A stretch of 64,000 bases of DNA from an uncultured virus (IMG/VR IMGVR_UViG_3300017917_001941) (IMGVR_UViG_3300017917_001941); one strand, 5' to 3'. Shown: positions 10,629-20,730, counted from the first letter of the stretch. Notes: a model not told the origin generated them from the sequence alone. Program-made: numbers and translations.

Positions 10629-11036
10629 ATGGGACACACTTCGAGCGCCGGGCTCCACCTGATCGCGGACGGGTACGTCGAGAACCCTTCAGTATTTACA
10701 AGAGAAACAATCGAAAGGCTTTTCTCCCAGGTTGTTTCGGCACTCGATATGAAGGCCCTGGACTTACCTCATATATATGAGGTCCCGGTGGACCCAGAGG
10801 TGCTAAAACGAGTCCAAGAAACGGGTAAGTTTGAGGACGAGGGGGGCATCACAGCTGTATGTGTGATCTCTACGAGTCACTTGAGCATTCACTGCTGGCC
10901 GCTTCAGAGTTTTTTCAGTTTAGATGTGTTCTCATGTAAGAGCTTCAACTCAGACGTGGCCTTTTCGATTATTCGGGAGGTTCTAGGAGTTAAGCAAGCA
11001 AACGTGACAGTACTTCAGAGACGCCGTCCACTCTAG
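10629..11036 (+). CDS. speD: S-adenosylmethionine decarboxylase proenzyme
   Basis: GLHLIADG, GITAVCVISTSHLSIHCWP, LDVFSC; self-cleavage site reads TSH rather than canonical ESH. Confidence 0.85.
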   Translation: MGHTSSAGLHLIADGYVENPSVFTRETIERLFSQVVSALDMKALDLPHIYEVPVDPEVLKRVQETGKFEDEGGITAVCVISTSHLSIHCWPLQSFFSLDVFSCKSFNSDVAFSIIREVLGVKQANVTVLQRRRPL

Positions 11037-11605
11037 GGCTTTCTACTCTCTCGCTTCCGTTCGCGAAGAGCGGATTTGATATTTTTCGTAACCTTCCCCA
11101 TAGTGTAAGACGAAAGAAATGGGCGGATGGTCTTACCCTCTAGGTGATCGGCTTCGTGCTGGATCGCAATGGCAAGGCGCCCTTCCGCCTCTAGGGATTG
11201 CTTAGAGCCATCCAAGTCGAGAAACGATACCCTGATAGTCTGGAATCGTTCCGTGCGTGCTAGGGCGCCTGGGAACGAAAGACACCCTTCCTCAGAGGTC
11301 TGCTTTCCAGTCCCCTCTAGGACTGGATTGATGAAAACCAAAGGGTTTGAATGCTTTGTACCCCTGACCCAATCTACATCCACCACAAATAGACGTAAGA
11401 GTTTGCCAACTTGCGGCGCTGCAAGTCCAACACCCCCTTCAAGCATCATCGTAAGAAGCATATCCTTGGCGAGTTGGCAAACCTCTTCGGTGATTTCGCT
11501 AACCTCCGAACACCCTTGGTCGAGAACACTATCGGGGAAAAAACGAAGGGGTAGTCTTGCCGGAGCACGAGCATGACAGGTGCAATTTTCGTGATTATCA
11601 TTCAC
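11033..11605 (-). CDS. def: peptide deformylase
   Basis: GVGLAAPQVG, EGCLS, QHEADHLEG. Confidence 0.95.
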   Translation of the reverse strand: MNDNHENCTCHARAPARLPLRFFPDSVLDQGCSEVSEITEEVCQLAKDMLLTMMLEGGVGLAAPQVGKLLRLFVVDVDWVRGTKHSNPLVFINPVLEGTGKQTSEEGCLSFPGALARTERFQTIRVSFLDLDGSKQSLEAEGRLAIAIQHEADHLEGKTIRPFLSSYTMGKVTKNIKSALRERKRESRKP

Positions 11606-12219
11606 GGGACTTCCTCCTTAAATTGGTTCCAACTCTTGGATGCAACCGCTCCGATTGCGTCACTCCCAACATAGTTCCCATTGTAAGGAGTTATCTCACC
11701 GGATATAGTATGGAACCGAATTTGTGCGATTCGCATGCCCGCATACACACGAACAGGATGGAGAGCAACTACTTCTAAGGTGTACTGTCCGAAAAAATTA
11801 GGATCCCCGTAACCAGCGGTCACGTGAACGCTGATAAAAAGCCTTCCCACGCTCGATTTTCCATCGAGGACCGGAACATGATGCTCCGCCCATACCTTTT
11901 CATGCGTGTGCATTAGGTAGCCGACACCAGGCTTCAGAACCCAACCTTCCTTTCCAATCTTAAAGGTTTTTGTCGGGTTGTCCTTTTTGGCGTCGAGATA
12001 GTGCGCACTTATGCCCGTGAATGGCTGAAGGTTCCTCCCATCTTGGCTTAATTCAGAATCACTGAAGTAGTTCACCTCTTCATAAACCTTAACCTCACTC
12101 CCAAGGGTAAGGTCATATGAAACTGGGTTGAGTTGCGCCGGATTGAAGGGGTGGATGACGATAGCCCTACGGCGGATTTCGTCTTCAATGGCTTTCCCCG
12201 AAAGAACTCCAAATGTCAT
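11602..12219 (-). CDS. dcd: dCTP deaminase
   Basis: NPVSYDLTLG, GKSSVGRL, TAGYGDPNFFGQYTLE, GMRIAQI. Confidence 0.92.
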   Translation of the reverse strand: MTFGVLSGKAIEDEIRRRAIVIHPFNPAQLNPVSYDLTLGSEVKVYEEVNYFSDSELSQDGRNLQPFTGISAHYLDAKKDNPTKTFKIGKEGWVLKPGVGYLMHTHEKVWAEHHVPVLDGKSSVGRLFISVHVTAGYGDPNFFGQYTLEVVALHPVRVYAGMRIAQIRFHTISGEITPYNGNYVGSDAIGAVASKSWNQFKEEVP

Positions 12220-12308
12220 GAGGTGTAACTACACCAAATGATTGTCTCAGGAGCCTATTATAGAGTTGAAAAAGATCCTACCAAAAACGTTGTACTCCAG
12301 GAGGGTCC

Positions 12309-12899
12309 ATGCTGAATTATGCAAAAATGACCGATATTATCCCTCAAAGCATCAAGGGGATCGCAAGAGTTGAGCATGTTCAGATCACTCAAGAAGCGGT
12401 AGAGTACATGAGGCTACGCTTCTTCATTACTGGGGGTCGAGAAGTTCCGACTCCCGCTGGTGATTATTGCCAGCTCTTCGTGGGAAGTACTCTCATGATG
12501 AGTGACACAAGAATGGAGAAGAATACCAACGCTGGGGTGGTCCTGGAGGCCCGTGGACACGTTTTCATCGCTGGACTGGGGCTTGGGATGATCCTGGTCC
12601 CAATCCTCGCTAAACCCGACGTGACGCGTGTCACGGTGGTAGAGAAGCACCAAGATGTCATCGACCTGATCGCACCTCACTTCCAAGACCCTCGACTGGA
12701 AATCATTCACTCCGACATCTTCGAATTCAAACCCGAAAAGGGATCCAAGTTCGATGTGATCTATTTCGATATCTGGCCGAGCATGTCAGCTGATAACCTA
12801 CCTGAGATGCGCAGACTCGAAGCAAGGTTTCGCAAGTTCAAGTCGCAAGACGGGTGGATGGATTGCTGGGCTAAGCACCAGTGTAGGCGACTGAAGTAG
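12309..12899 (+). CDS. class I SAM-fold methyltransferase / spermidine-synthase-like protein
   Basis: VFIAGLGLG, VTVVEK, FDVIYFDIW. Confidence 0.75.
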   Translation: MLNYAKMTDIIPQSIKGIARVEHVQITQEAVEYMRLRFFITGGREVPTPAGDYCQLFVGSTLMMSDTRMEKNTNAGVVLEARGHVFIAGLGLGMILVPILAKPDVTRVTVVEKHQDVIDLIAPHFQDPRLEIIHSDIFEFKPEKGSKFDVIYFDIWPSMSADNLPEMRRLEARFRKFKSQDGWMDCWAKHQCRRLK

Positions 12900-12923
12900 T
12901 TTTTGACTTGGGTACCTAAAACT

Positions 12924-13220
12924 TCACGCGGAGGGAGCGACCTGACAAATTCTCAATGTCAGTAAAGCATGTAGAAAGAGCATGGAAAGGGTCTCTTCCG
13001 ATTCTTTCCATGGAAGTTGAATGACTAGGTTTCGGGACTTCGCGAAGCCTTCGATTAGCTTTTCAAGTGCCTTTCGAACAGAGAACGGGCCCGGTTCCTC
13101 GACCATCTCCAGGATCATCTCAACGGGCGTTCCACGGTAAATTCTATAACTGTCACTTGGGATCCATATCGCCTTCGGAAGTGGATCAGACAGTTTTGTG
13201 TTGCAAAACGTGGGGATCAT
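12924..13220 (-). CDS. hypothetical protein
   Basis: Start at 13220 gives an ATGA overlap with the upstream ORF. Confidence 0.55.
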   Translation of the reverse strand: MIPTFCNTKLSDPLPKAIWIPSDSYRIYRGTPVEMILEMVEEPGPFSVRKALEKLIEGFAKSRNLVIQLPWKESEETLSMLFLHALLTLRICQVAPSA

Positions 13221-13534
13221 GTCACCTGTGTTCTCGGGGGCCGGGTCAATGCTAATTTCGCTGGAACCTGGTTTTTCACGGCTTTCCACACCGGAGCTAC
13301 TCCGGTTGCGGTCACGATAACTTCCTGCTTTAGGCTTTGGGTTGCATCCAAGCAAACCGAAGTTACCCGAAAGCTTCCATCCACGTGTAGTTCCTCGGAA
13401 CGGCCCTTGTGCTTCCTCCTAACAACAAAACACAAGTTGATCCGCGTCCCGATCGGAAGCGGGGAGGGAAGGTTGATCCGGACCGAAGGGGAATCCTTCA
13501 CATCTTCGAATCTTAGTACGCTGGATAATGACAT
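13217..13534 (-). CDS. hypothetical protein
   Basis: ORF track; GGAG SD. Confidence 0.6.
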   Translation of the reverse strand: MSLSSVLRFEDVKDSPSVRINLPSPLPIGTRINLCFVVRRKHKGRSEELHVDGSFRVTSVCLDATQSLKQEVIVTATGVAPVWKAVKNQVPAKLALTRPPRTQVT

Positions 13535-13973
13535 GCTTTATATCTCCAATCTGAGCACAGAAAAACCAAGAGTACTACCCCGAAGAAAATAAGTGACATT
13601 GGGGTCGCATTGGTGTATGCCGATTTCGCCAATGCGACCCATGGTAAAGGTCCCCTGCCCCTTGCCCCCTAATGGGGGACTCGGAACCCAGATGCTCACT
13701 GGGACCCCCGTGAAAGGCTTCCGTACCTTGGTCCTAGGTGGGTCGTCCCTCGTTCCGAGGGCTCCTAGGAAACGGCTCCTATCACCCACAGAAGAAAACC
13801 TCTTCTTGGGCCAACCAGAGGCCCGCAAGGGCCAAGGTTGGGCTCCTTCCTCAGAGAGTGAGCTAGTGACCTCTGAGGATGTCCTGACTAGGAAGGATCG
13901 GTTACTGATGTCGTTCAGAACCTACATCCTATGTCCAAGTAGTCCCAAGGAAGAATCACGACCTGGTTCAAAC

Positions 13974-14175
13974 CAAGATCTACTCAGAGGAACTACCTTG
14001 GGTTCATCCATCGGATGGACTCGTCTCTCTACTAGGGGTTCACAAGATCTACTCAGAGGAACTACCTTGGGTTCATCCATCGGATGGACTCGTTCCTCTA
14101 TTAGGGATCCCAAGAACCTACTCAGAGGGACTACCTTGGATCTATCTCATGGATGGATCCGTTCCTCTACTAGGG
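13974..14175. repeat. three tandem 69-bp repeats with internal palindrome
   Basis: ctactcagagg at 13980, 14049 and 14118; tccatc-g-gatgga palindrome in copies 1-2. Confidence 0.9.
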
Positions 14176-15139
14176 AACTTACTACCCAGGATCTTCCTCT
14201 CTTGATCCATACCCATGGGATCATGATCCATAAGGATCTGATCTCCTATAGGACTATGATCCTTAGAGATCATGATATCTTGATCCATAGAGATCATCAG
14301 ATCATGATCCATGAGGATCTGATCTCCTATAGGGTCTTGATTCTTAAGAATCTGATCTCCTTGGATAGAGAGATCGAAGTTAGTCGGCGAAGCCAAGGAG
14401 CAATTAATCACACTAACAACCTTACTATCACTAATAACCTCAGTAACATCAACGATCTTACTCACAGTATCAACATTAACAACCTTAACCGTAGCATCAG
14501 TCATAGTATCAGTATCATTAACAACCTTAGTCACAGTCTCAATCATACCCTTAGTAACCGTAACATCAACATTACCCATAACAGAAGTAATACCAGTACC
14601 CATAGGTCCAATAGTAACCCTAATTGTACCAATAGTGACAGTAACCCTAACCTTAGCACTAATGATCCTACTCATAGCATCGAGTAATGGAAGTAAGATA
14701 GGTGATGAAGTTATAGGTAAGACAGTAAGTGGATAAAGAACCCTCAGAGAGTTGATCTTCTGAGGAAGAAGAACCTGGAGGGATCCTAGTAGGGGAGTTC
14801 TGAGAGTGAACCCTCTAGGAGGAATCCTTGGGGATCCCTAAGAGGATCCTTATGTGGGTAAGCCCTATCCGGGATCTTCTAAGATGGAATCCAGTTGGAG
14901 AAATCCCTCAAGGTGGATCTCAGGGAAGGATCTATCTGGGAGTCCTCATGGGATGAACCTTGAACTATCGAGAAGGAACCCTATCCGGGGATCCTCTAAG
15001 AGGAGAGATCTAAGTTCGGATCATCTTTCATGGCTTGGATCTTAGGGAGAGGTCTAAGACCTCATTAGGTGAGTCAGTAACTTCCTTGGAGTTCTTCCCC
15101 TCATAGGGAAGGTTAACTAGAGATGGATCCGGTAGGGGA

Positions 15140-15856
15140 TCAGGGATGGGGTCTCTTAGTGAAGAAGCTGACAGCATATGTCCAACAGATGGATGGGTTA
15201 GTGGAAGTTCCGAACTGGGATCCTATGTTATTGGCCCGGTCGAAGAACCTTCGGGATTCGTCCCCTCGTCCCTTCACAAGAAGCTCGAGGGCTTTCGCCC
15301 AAAAGTTTAAGGAGAGTGTCTCAATGGACCCGTCGTCTTCTTCGGGTTCCGTTAGGTGCATTTTGTTGATGGTCTCGAGAACCTGGGTTGATCCCTCTCG
15401 GATCCAGGCTACCCAACCGAGGGCAAGTTCCTCAAACGTTCTCTTGGTCCATTTATTCCCGGATGGGGCCTTAGGTAGGATGTCGATTCGATCTTCACCG
15501 AGGATCCAGGATAGGCAGAAAACTGTCAGTTTTCCTTCAAAGGAAACCGGATCACTTTCCTGCATGGCGAGGGCTTGTCTTACGCAAGCTTTCGCACGGT
15601 CAGATGGACTCCCTTGGAAGATCGCATCGAAAACAGCCTTCAAGGCTTCCATCTCAGCTAGGATCGAACCAACATCCTCACAATCGTCAGGGAGTTCGTC
15701 CTCCGCTTCGTTTTCTAGGTCGAGTCCAAGAAAACGCGAAGCCTCCTTCACAAGAGGCTTCGCGCGAAGAGGGTCTTCCCGAGTAGGCGCTCGGGAGTCT
15801 TCTTGCTCGCTTGTACTCTTGTGTAGCTGTTTGGTCAAGGTATTTGCTCCTGTCAT
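15140..15856 (-). CDS. hypothetical protein
   Basis: 238-aa ORF with natural helical composition. Confidence 0.65.
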   Translation of the reverse strand: MTGANTLTKQLHKSTSEQEDSRAPTREDPLRAKPLVKEASRFLGLDLENEAEDELPDDCEDVGSILAEMEALKAVFDAIFQGSPSDRAKACVRQALAMQESDPVSFEGKLTVFCLSWILGEDRIDILPKAPSGNKWTKRTFEELALGWVAWIREGSTQVLETINKMHLTEPEEDDGSIETLSLNFWAKALELLVKGRGDESRRFFDRANNIGSQFGTSTNPSICWTYAVSFFTKRPHP

Positions 15857-16011
15857 TTCGATCTATTTTGTTGACACCATTTAGCTGCGTCAGCTAAGAC
15901 CGGAGCTCGCGCTACATCCATGTTCCGGTTTAGGCGCCCGGAAAATCTCCAGGGGAGGGAGGTTGAGATTTCCTACCTCTTGGTACGTTGTAGCGGGGGA
16001 AGAGGGTCTCG

Positions 16012-17157
16012 ATGGCAAAGCGTAGGGGAGCATCCGATATCCTGGATGATTACGTCCCGAAGTCCAATGATGACCTATACCACATGTATGGGTCATTTGT
16101 AGCACGTCTGGTGACACGATACAATCGTGTCTCGTCGAACTACGAGGATCTGCTTCAGCATGTGTGGTACAAGCTAGTAGAGGTGGACATCATTGCGAAG
16201 TACCACCGAGCTGGCGGATCACTTCCAAAGAAGTTGACAGCTCTACAGTCGTGTGCATTTCTACAGATAACTTGGATACAGTTCAAGAAGATCTTACATC
16301 GCCATCGTGTTGGTGATAATAGACACTTGGATCGAGTGCGTGGAGTTTCAAAGGATTTGCGCACTAAGATTTTTGAGCGGGATCATGGAATTTGTGCATG
16401 TTGCGGACGTGACATGCATCATTTTCAACAGGTCGTCGAGATCGGTAGGGCGAACCCGGAAAAGCACACGACGATATCGACGGGGGCTCGGGTAACGCAC
16501 GCGGAGCTCATTCGGGCTCTGGGTATCTCCCCCAAGCAGCGGATTTTTTGGTACACCGAAAAGACCAGTAGGGCCCCGCGTAAGGGCGATCACACACTCG
16601 CTTACAGAACAATCTGCTTTCTGTGTTGGAATCAGAGAAATTCTTCACTTCCTAAGTCCAAGTCCATCTGGGCACCGACTCCCATTCAAGGAACGTGGGC
16701 GTCAAAAAAGGCTGTCTACGCCCGTGAGGATATCGAACGCCTTAAGGCGATTCGTGAAAGTCGGAGTGATAGGTGTCGAACTCATGCGGAGATCGACCCA
16801 AGTATCTTAACCACTAAGGGCTTCTTTAAGGTTTACCTGGCCCGTGCGGTCCACAACATCTATTGCAACTGGTGTCGGACTCGGGACCGACGATACAAGG
16901 AGCATTGTCCTGGGGTGGACGAGTGGGGGAATCCGTGGGAGGAGTCCTTGGAGGATCAATCGGTATCTCATCAGGAGGACCTTTTGGCTCTTTACGAGGC
17001 CTCCAAAATCATTGCGTATAATGATCGAAATGCTGAGGGGGATTCGAAAGTCCATGAGAGGGTTCTAGTTCTCGCGGCGGATGGACGATCTCTCTCTGAG
17101 ATCGTCCAAGAGCTTTCACTGCCTTCTTCGGGGCTAGCGGCTTTGCAGGAAGGATGA
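16012..17157 (+). CDS. sigma-70/ECF-like factor with inserted HNH-like Zn-binding domain
   Basis: YEDLLQHVWYKL (region 2.2), FKVYLARAVHNIYCNWCRTRDRR (2.3-2.4), DGRSLSEIVQEL (region 4 HTH); insert IFERDHGICACCG...ICFLC. Confidence 0.6.
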   Translation: MAKRRGASDILDDYVPKSNDDLYHMYGSFVARLVTRYNRVSSNYEDLLQHVWYKLVEVDIIAKYHRAGGSLPKKLTALQSCAFLQITWIQFKKILHRHRVGDNRHLDRVRGVSKDLRTKIFERDHGICACCGRDMHHFQQVVEIGRANPEKHTTISTGARVTHAELIRALGISPKQRIFWYTEKTSRAPRKGDHTLAYRTICFLCWNQRNSSLPKSKSIWAPTPIQGTWASKKAVYAREDIERLKAIRESRSDRCRTHAEIDPSILTTKGFFKVYLARAVHNIYCNWCRTRDRRYKEHCPGVDEWGNPWEESLEDQSVSHQEDLLALYEASKIIAYNDRNAEGDSKVHERVLVLAADGRSLSEIVQELSLPSSGLAALQEG

Positions 17158-17183
17158 TCCTCTTATTCTGTTTTTAGGGTAAG

Positions 17184-17954
17184 ATGGATCCAAAACCTCG
17201 CCTTATTCAAGCTTGCCAGGAACTCCGCCGGAAAGTGTATGCCTCGCTTCCTTGGGGCATTCGTCTCGCCCGAGCCCTTTTCGAACTTCGGTTCGGGGGT
17301 ACATCGGAGGATTTCGGTCGGACAGCCTACGGTCTCTTTCTCATGTATGGTGTGACCGGCATGCCAGAGACCAAGATTGTTCCAAAAAATACCCGGGAGA
17401 TCAATAAGTTGCCGAAAACCTATGGTTCTCGGTTTGGTAAGCGAGTTGAGGGTGTTGCGCGAAAATTTGTCAGAGGTAACGACGCGGACCTGGAAGACCT
17501 CATGGCCTTTATGTGGTCAAAGTTGTTCACAGATCAAACGTTGAAAGATCTGGTTGCGGGCAAGCCACTGGATGAAGCGGAGCGCATCGTGATGCGTTCG
17601 ATTCAGAACGTAGCGAAAGACTGGCTTAGGTACGAAGGCCGTCGTCGCCACGAGGACATCGACGAGATGGTCAATGCTCCTGGTGGTATGGAACAGCTCA
17701 ATGATGTGCTTCTGGAGTCAGAGAAGGAAGAGATTATGAGTGATTTGGAGCGGGCGGTAAGTGACCGTCTAGCACCGGATCTCCCTCTATACTTCCAGCT
17801 TCTTTTGGAGGGGTACACGAACTCTGAGATTGCAGATAAGCAAATGCTTCCTAGTCTGAAAGATAGTCCGATGAGCCATCAAGCGCTTGCGAAGTATCGC
17901 AAGAAAATCGAAGAAGTTCTGCTCAAGCATATTGAGTATCGGGACGCCGCTTAG
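17184..17954 (+). CDS. sigma-70/ECF-like factor
   Basis: LEDLMAFMW, RSIQNVAKDWLRYEGRRR, LLEGYTNSEIAD...SHQALAKYRKKI. Confidence 0.65.
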   Translation: MDPKPRLIQACQELRRKVYASLPWGIRLARALFELRFGGTSEDFGRTAYGLFLMYGVTGMPETKIVPKNTREINKLPKTYGSRFGKRVEGVARKFVRGNDADLEDLMAFMWSKLFTDQTLKDLVAGKPLDEAERIVMRSIQNVAKDWLRYEGRRRHEDIDEMVNAPGGMEQLNDVLLESEKEEIMSDLERAVSDRLAPDLPLYFQLLLEGYTNSEIADKQMLPSLKDSPMSHQALAKYRKKIEEVLLKHIEYRDAA

Positions 17955-17971
17955 CGGTGTAGACTCACAGG

Positions 17972-19324
17972 GTGAACCTACCCGTCAATTCTATCATTCA
18001 TGGTAAGTGTCTTGAAGTACTTCGGAACTTTCCGGATGCTTCAGTGGATTCCATTGTAACTGACGTACCCTATGGCCTTGGGAACAAGGACCCAACTGTA
18101 GAGGAGATCATCGCTTACCTTCAAGGTTCTGATCTTCGAACGGGGGAATTCATGAACAAGGATTGGGAGATACCTTCAGTCCTTGTTTGGAAAGAGTGTT
18201 TTCGGGTTCTCAAGCCAGGAGGTTTTGTTCTGACCTTTGCGGGGACAAGAACCCAAGATCTCATTTCTATTGGGGTTCGAGCCGCTGGATTTCAGAATCG
18301 AGATACGATTGATGTTGAGATGGGTCCACCTTTTTTGAGATGGATTCGGGCTCAGGGGATGCCTAAGAGTACTGATGTTGCTAAGAGTCTTAGGAAGAGT
18401 GGGGCTGAACCCGAGGTGGTTGACCCCTGGGAGGGGTGGGGTACTGCTCTTAAGCCTTACTGGGAGCCAGTATTGATGTTCCGTAAGCCAATCTTAGAGA
18501 AGACCCTCGTTGAGCAAGTAAAAACTACCGGCTCTGGGGCGATCAACATAGATGGATGTCGAGTCAAACATGCAAGCCCCGAAGATTTTGCGAAACATAA
18601 GGCTGGGGTAGATGCCATCAAAGCTCGGGGTGGAGTGATGGCTAATTCGTGGAAAAACAGTTCGGACCTTTCCGGTGCAAATGAGGTCACGACTGGAGGT
18701 CGGTTTCCACCAAATGTGATTTTTGTTCACTCCGAGCTTTGTAGAAAGGTTGGAACTACAACTGCTCCTGTCCCTCCGATTAATCGTTTCAATGACGGCG
18801 CTAAACCTTTCGGTGGGGGCGCGGGTCATGAGTATAGTACTATCGAGCGGGGCGATGAAGTTTTGACTGTTTGGGAGTGCCACCACTCGTGTCCTGTCTC
18901 TTGGCTAAATAAGCAGAGTGGACCGATGGGAATCGTAGACTCTGGTGGGGCTTCTCGGTTTTTTCTCAATGTGGACCCAGGGTCTATGTTTTTTTATGTC
19001 CCAAAGCCTTCTGCGGATGAGAAGAACGACGGGTTGAGTGATGATGCGGAAAATGAGCATAGTACGGTGAAGCCTATCCGCCTTATGGAGTACTTAGTTC
19101 GCTTGGTTACTCGTAAGGGTGGAGTGGTTCTTGATCCGTATTGTGGGTCTGGTTCTACTTGCGTTGCCGCTGTGAATGAAGGTATGGACTTCATAGGAAT
19201 TGAAAAAGAGCTTCCTTCGTTTAGAACTGCTCAGGCTAGGACTCTAAAAGCCTTGAGGACTCATAGTGAGCGAGAGACTCAGGCGGCGGCTTTTGACTTG
19301 TCAATGACGCTCGAATCAGAATGA
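17972..19324 (+). CDS. DNA N4/N6 methyltransferase (beta class)
   Basis: IVTDVPYG, HSTVKP, VLDPYCGSGST. Confidence 0.92.
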   Translation: MNLPVNSIIHGKCLEVLRNFPDASVDSIVTDVPYGLGNKDPTVEEIIAYLQGSDLRTGEFMNKDWEIPSVLVWKECFRVLKPGGFVLTFAGTRTQDLISIGVRAAGFQNRDTIDVEMGPPFLRWIRAQGMPKSTDVAKSLRKSGAEPEVVDPWEGWGTALKPYWEPVLMFRKPILEKTLVEQVKTTGSGAINIDGCRVKHASPEDFAKHKAGVDAIKARGGVMANSWKNSSDLSGANEVTTGGRFPPNVIFVHSELCRKVGTTTAPVPPINRFNDGAKPFGGGAGHEYSTIERGDEVLTVWECHHSCPVSWLNKQSGPMGIVDSGGASRFFLNVDPGSMFFYVPKPSADEKNDGLSDDAENEHSTVKPIRLMEYLVRLVTRKGGVVLDPYCGSGSTCVAAVNEGMDFIGIEKELPSFRTAQARTLKALRTHSERETQAAAFDLSMTLESE

Positions 19325-19571
19325 TCTTCTCGGCTCTTGCAAGTTTCTTGATTTCAAGTTCCCTACGAAGAGCCTGACTCTTTCCCGAAGTTTTTTCCAG
19401 ATAGACAATGTGCCACGGGCGTCCAGCACGAGTGTACTTGGCACCTTTCCCTTCATTATGTGCCCTAAGTCTTTTAATTGGGTTAGTGGAGATCCCAGTG
19501 TAAAGCTTTTTTGACACCTCGCTCTGGAGGATGTATATGTACCAGATGGACCCTGTCACGTTTGTCTCCAA
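19236..19571 (-). CDS. GIY-YIG nuclease (UPF0213/YhbQ-like)
   Basis: YIYIL..LYTGIS..RLRAHNEGKGAKYTR..ALRRELEIK. Confidence 0.85.
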   Translation of the reverse strand: METNVTGSIWYIYILQSEVSKKLYTGISTNPIKRLRAHNEGKGAKYTRAGRPWHIVYLEKTSGKSQALRRELEIKKLARAEKIILIRASLTSQKPPPESLAHYESSRLLES

Positions 19572-20112
19572 TTTTACACTCGGAGGAGCAGAGCCGTGGA
19601 AGGCTCATCCTTTTTTAATTCGTGCGGGTGGTCACTTTTGGTCGGCGGCTTCTTCCGGGTATATGTTTGTTGGACTTCGTCAACCGGGAGCAAATCCTTG
19701 TCGGGATGTTCCGATCAAGAAGCTAACCAAGTTCATTCTGACCCCGGCAAGGCATGGGGCAGAGTTGGACCTTGCCTTGTTACGGGAATGGGTAGGAACC
19801 CCTCCCTCTGGGATGGTACCCCATGGGGATGTTGAGAACGGTCAACAGGTTGCTCTTCTTGGTATTACACTTGATCGCCGGAAGTTAGCTTGGTTTTTGA
19901 AGCATTTGAAAGAGGTCCATAAGATTTATGTCTGGGACACTACAGTGCTTCTCAGTGTCAAGTCTCTTGGATTCGAGTGGCAAGGTGGTAACGGACGAGC
20001 ACTCATTGCTGGAATTGATCGTCCCCCTGACGAGGATGATGATGTTTTTGAGATTCCGAGAACTTCCCAGGAGGATGCTTTGGACTTGATGCTTTCGTTA
20101 CCTGATGAGTAG
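19531..20112 (+). CDS. hypothetical protein
   Basis: ORF track. Confidence 0.6.
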   Translation: MYMYQMDPVTFVSNFTLGGAEPWKAHPFLIRAGGHFWSAASSGYMFVGLRQPGANPCRDVPIKKLTKFILTPARHGAELDLALLREWVGTPPSGMVPHGDVENGQQVALLGITLDRRKLAWFLKHLKEVHKIYVWDTTVLLSVKSLGFEWQGGNGRALIAGIDRPPDEDDDVFEIPRTSQEDALDLMLSLPDE

Positions 20113-20115
20113 CGC

Positions 20116-20730
20116 TTACCAAGTGAAGTCGCCTTCTGCCTTTTTCATGCGCATGCTGTGAATCAGCATTGGGCCCAAAAAAATAGAGGCGTACGTTCCA
20201 CCCGCCCATCGTTTTCGATCATAGTCCGATCCTGTTTTGGCTGCTCGCTCTCGGCGCATCTTGATATTGAAAGCGGCTGCATCTATTGCCTGTTGACGAT
20301 ACTTTCCGTAGGTTGGGGAGTGGACAAGTACCCATGTGGAAAAGTCCACGAATCCTTCGTCGTAGAATTCATCATTGGATGGGAATTGGGAGTAACTCCC
20401 ATGGACCATTTCATGGGTTAACTTCTCCAGCGTCTGCCCTGGATTACCTCCGACGGATGGGCACAGGGATAGCTGACCTGATTGCATATCGAAGGAGGCA
20501 GTAGCCCCGGACATGTGCATTCCGTCGGACATTGGCAGGATAGTGGGAAGGGGTTCTGTGCCGAAGGGCCCAAGGGCTTGTAGAAGGTACCCATGGATTA
20601 TAGGAGCCCAGCTCTCTACAAACTGGTCCCACTGGTTACCAAATACCAGGCTTTTGAACTGTTTGGTGGGTTTGGCTTGGGTTGCTGCCGTGCGGAGGTA
20701 ATCCATAGCCGATGCAGGGAAATTGTTCAT
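20116..20730 (-). CDS. HEXXH (zincin-like) protein
   Basis: THEMVH...EG motif. Confidence 0.6.
   Translation of the reverse strand: MNNFPASAMDYLRTAATQAKPTKQFKSLVFGNQWDQFVESWAPIIHGYLLQALGPFGTEPLPTILPMSDGMHMSGATASFDMQSGQLSLCPSVGGNPGQTLEKLTHEMVHGSYSQFPSNDEFYDEGFVDFSTWVLVHSPTYGKYRQQAIDAAAFNIKMRRERAAKTGSDYDRKRWAGGTYASIFLGPMLIHSMRMKKAEGDFTW

Noticed and set aside
13974..14175. CRISPR array for the type IV system
   Set aside because: Whole 69-bp units are near-identical with no unique spacers, and it lies 29 kb from the cas genes.
13593..14687. 364-aa ORF (and antisense 14142..14675) as real proteins
   Set aside because: Low-complexity, repeat-derived translation with no motifs; more likely non-coding, though not excluded.
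15123..15884. 253-aa plus-strand ORF
   Set aside because: Ser-rich antisense shadow of 15140..15856 (-).
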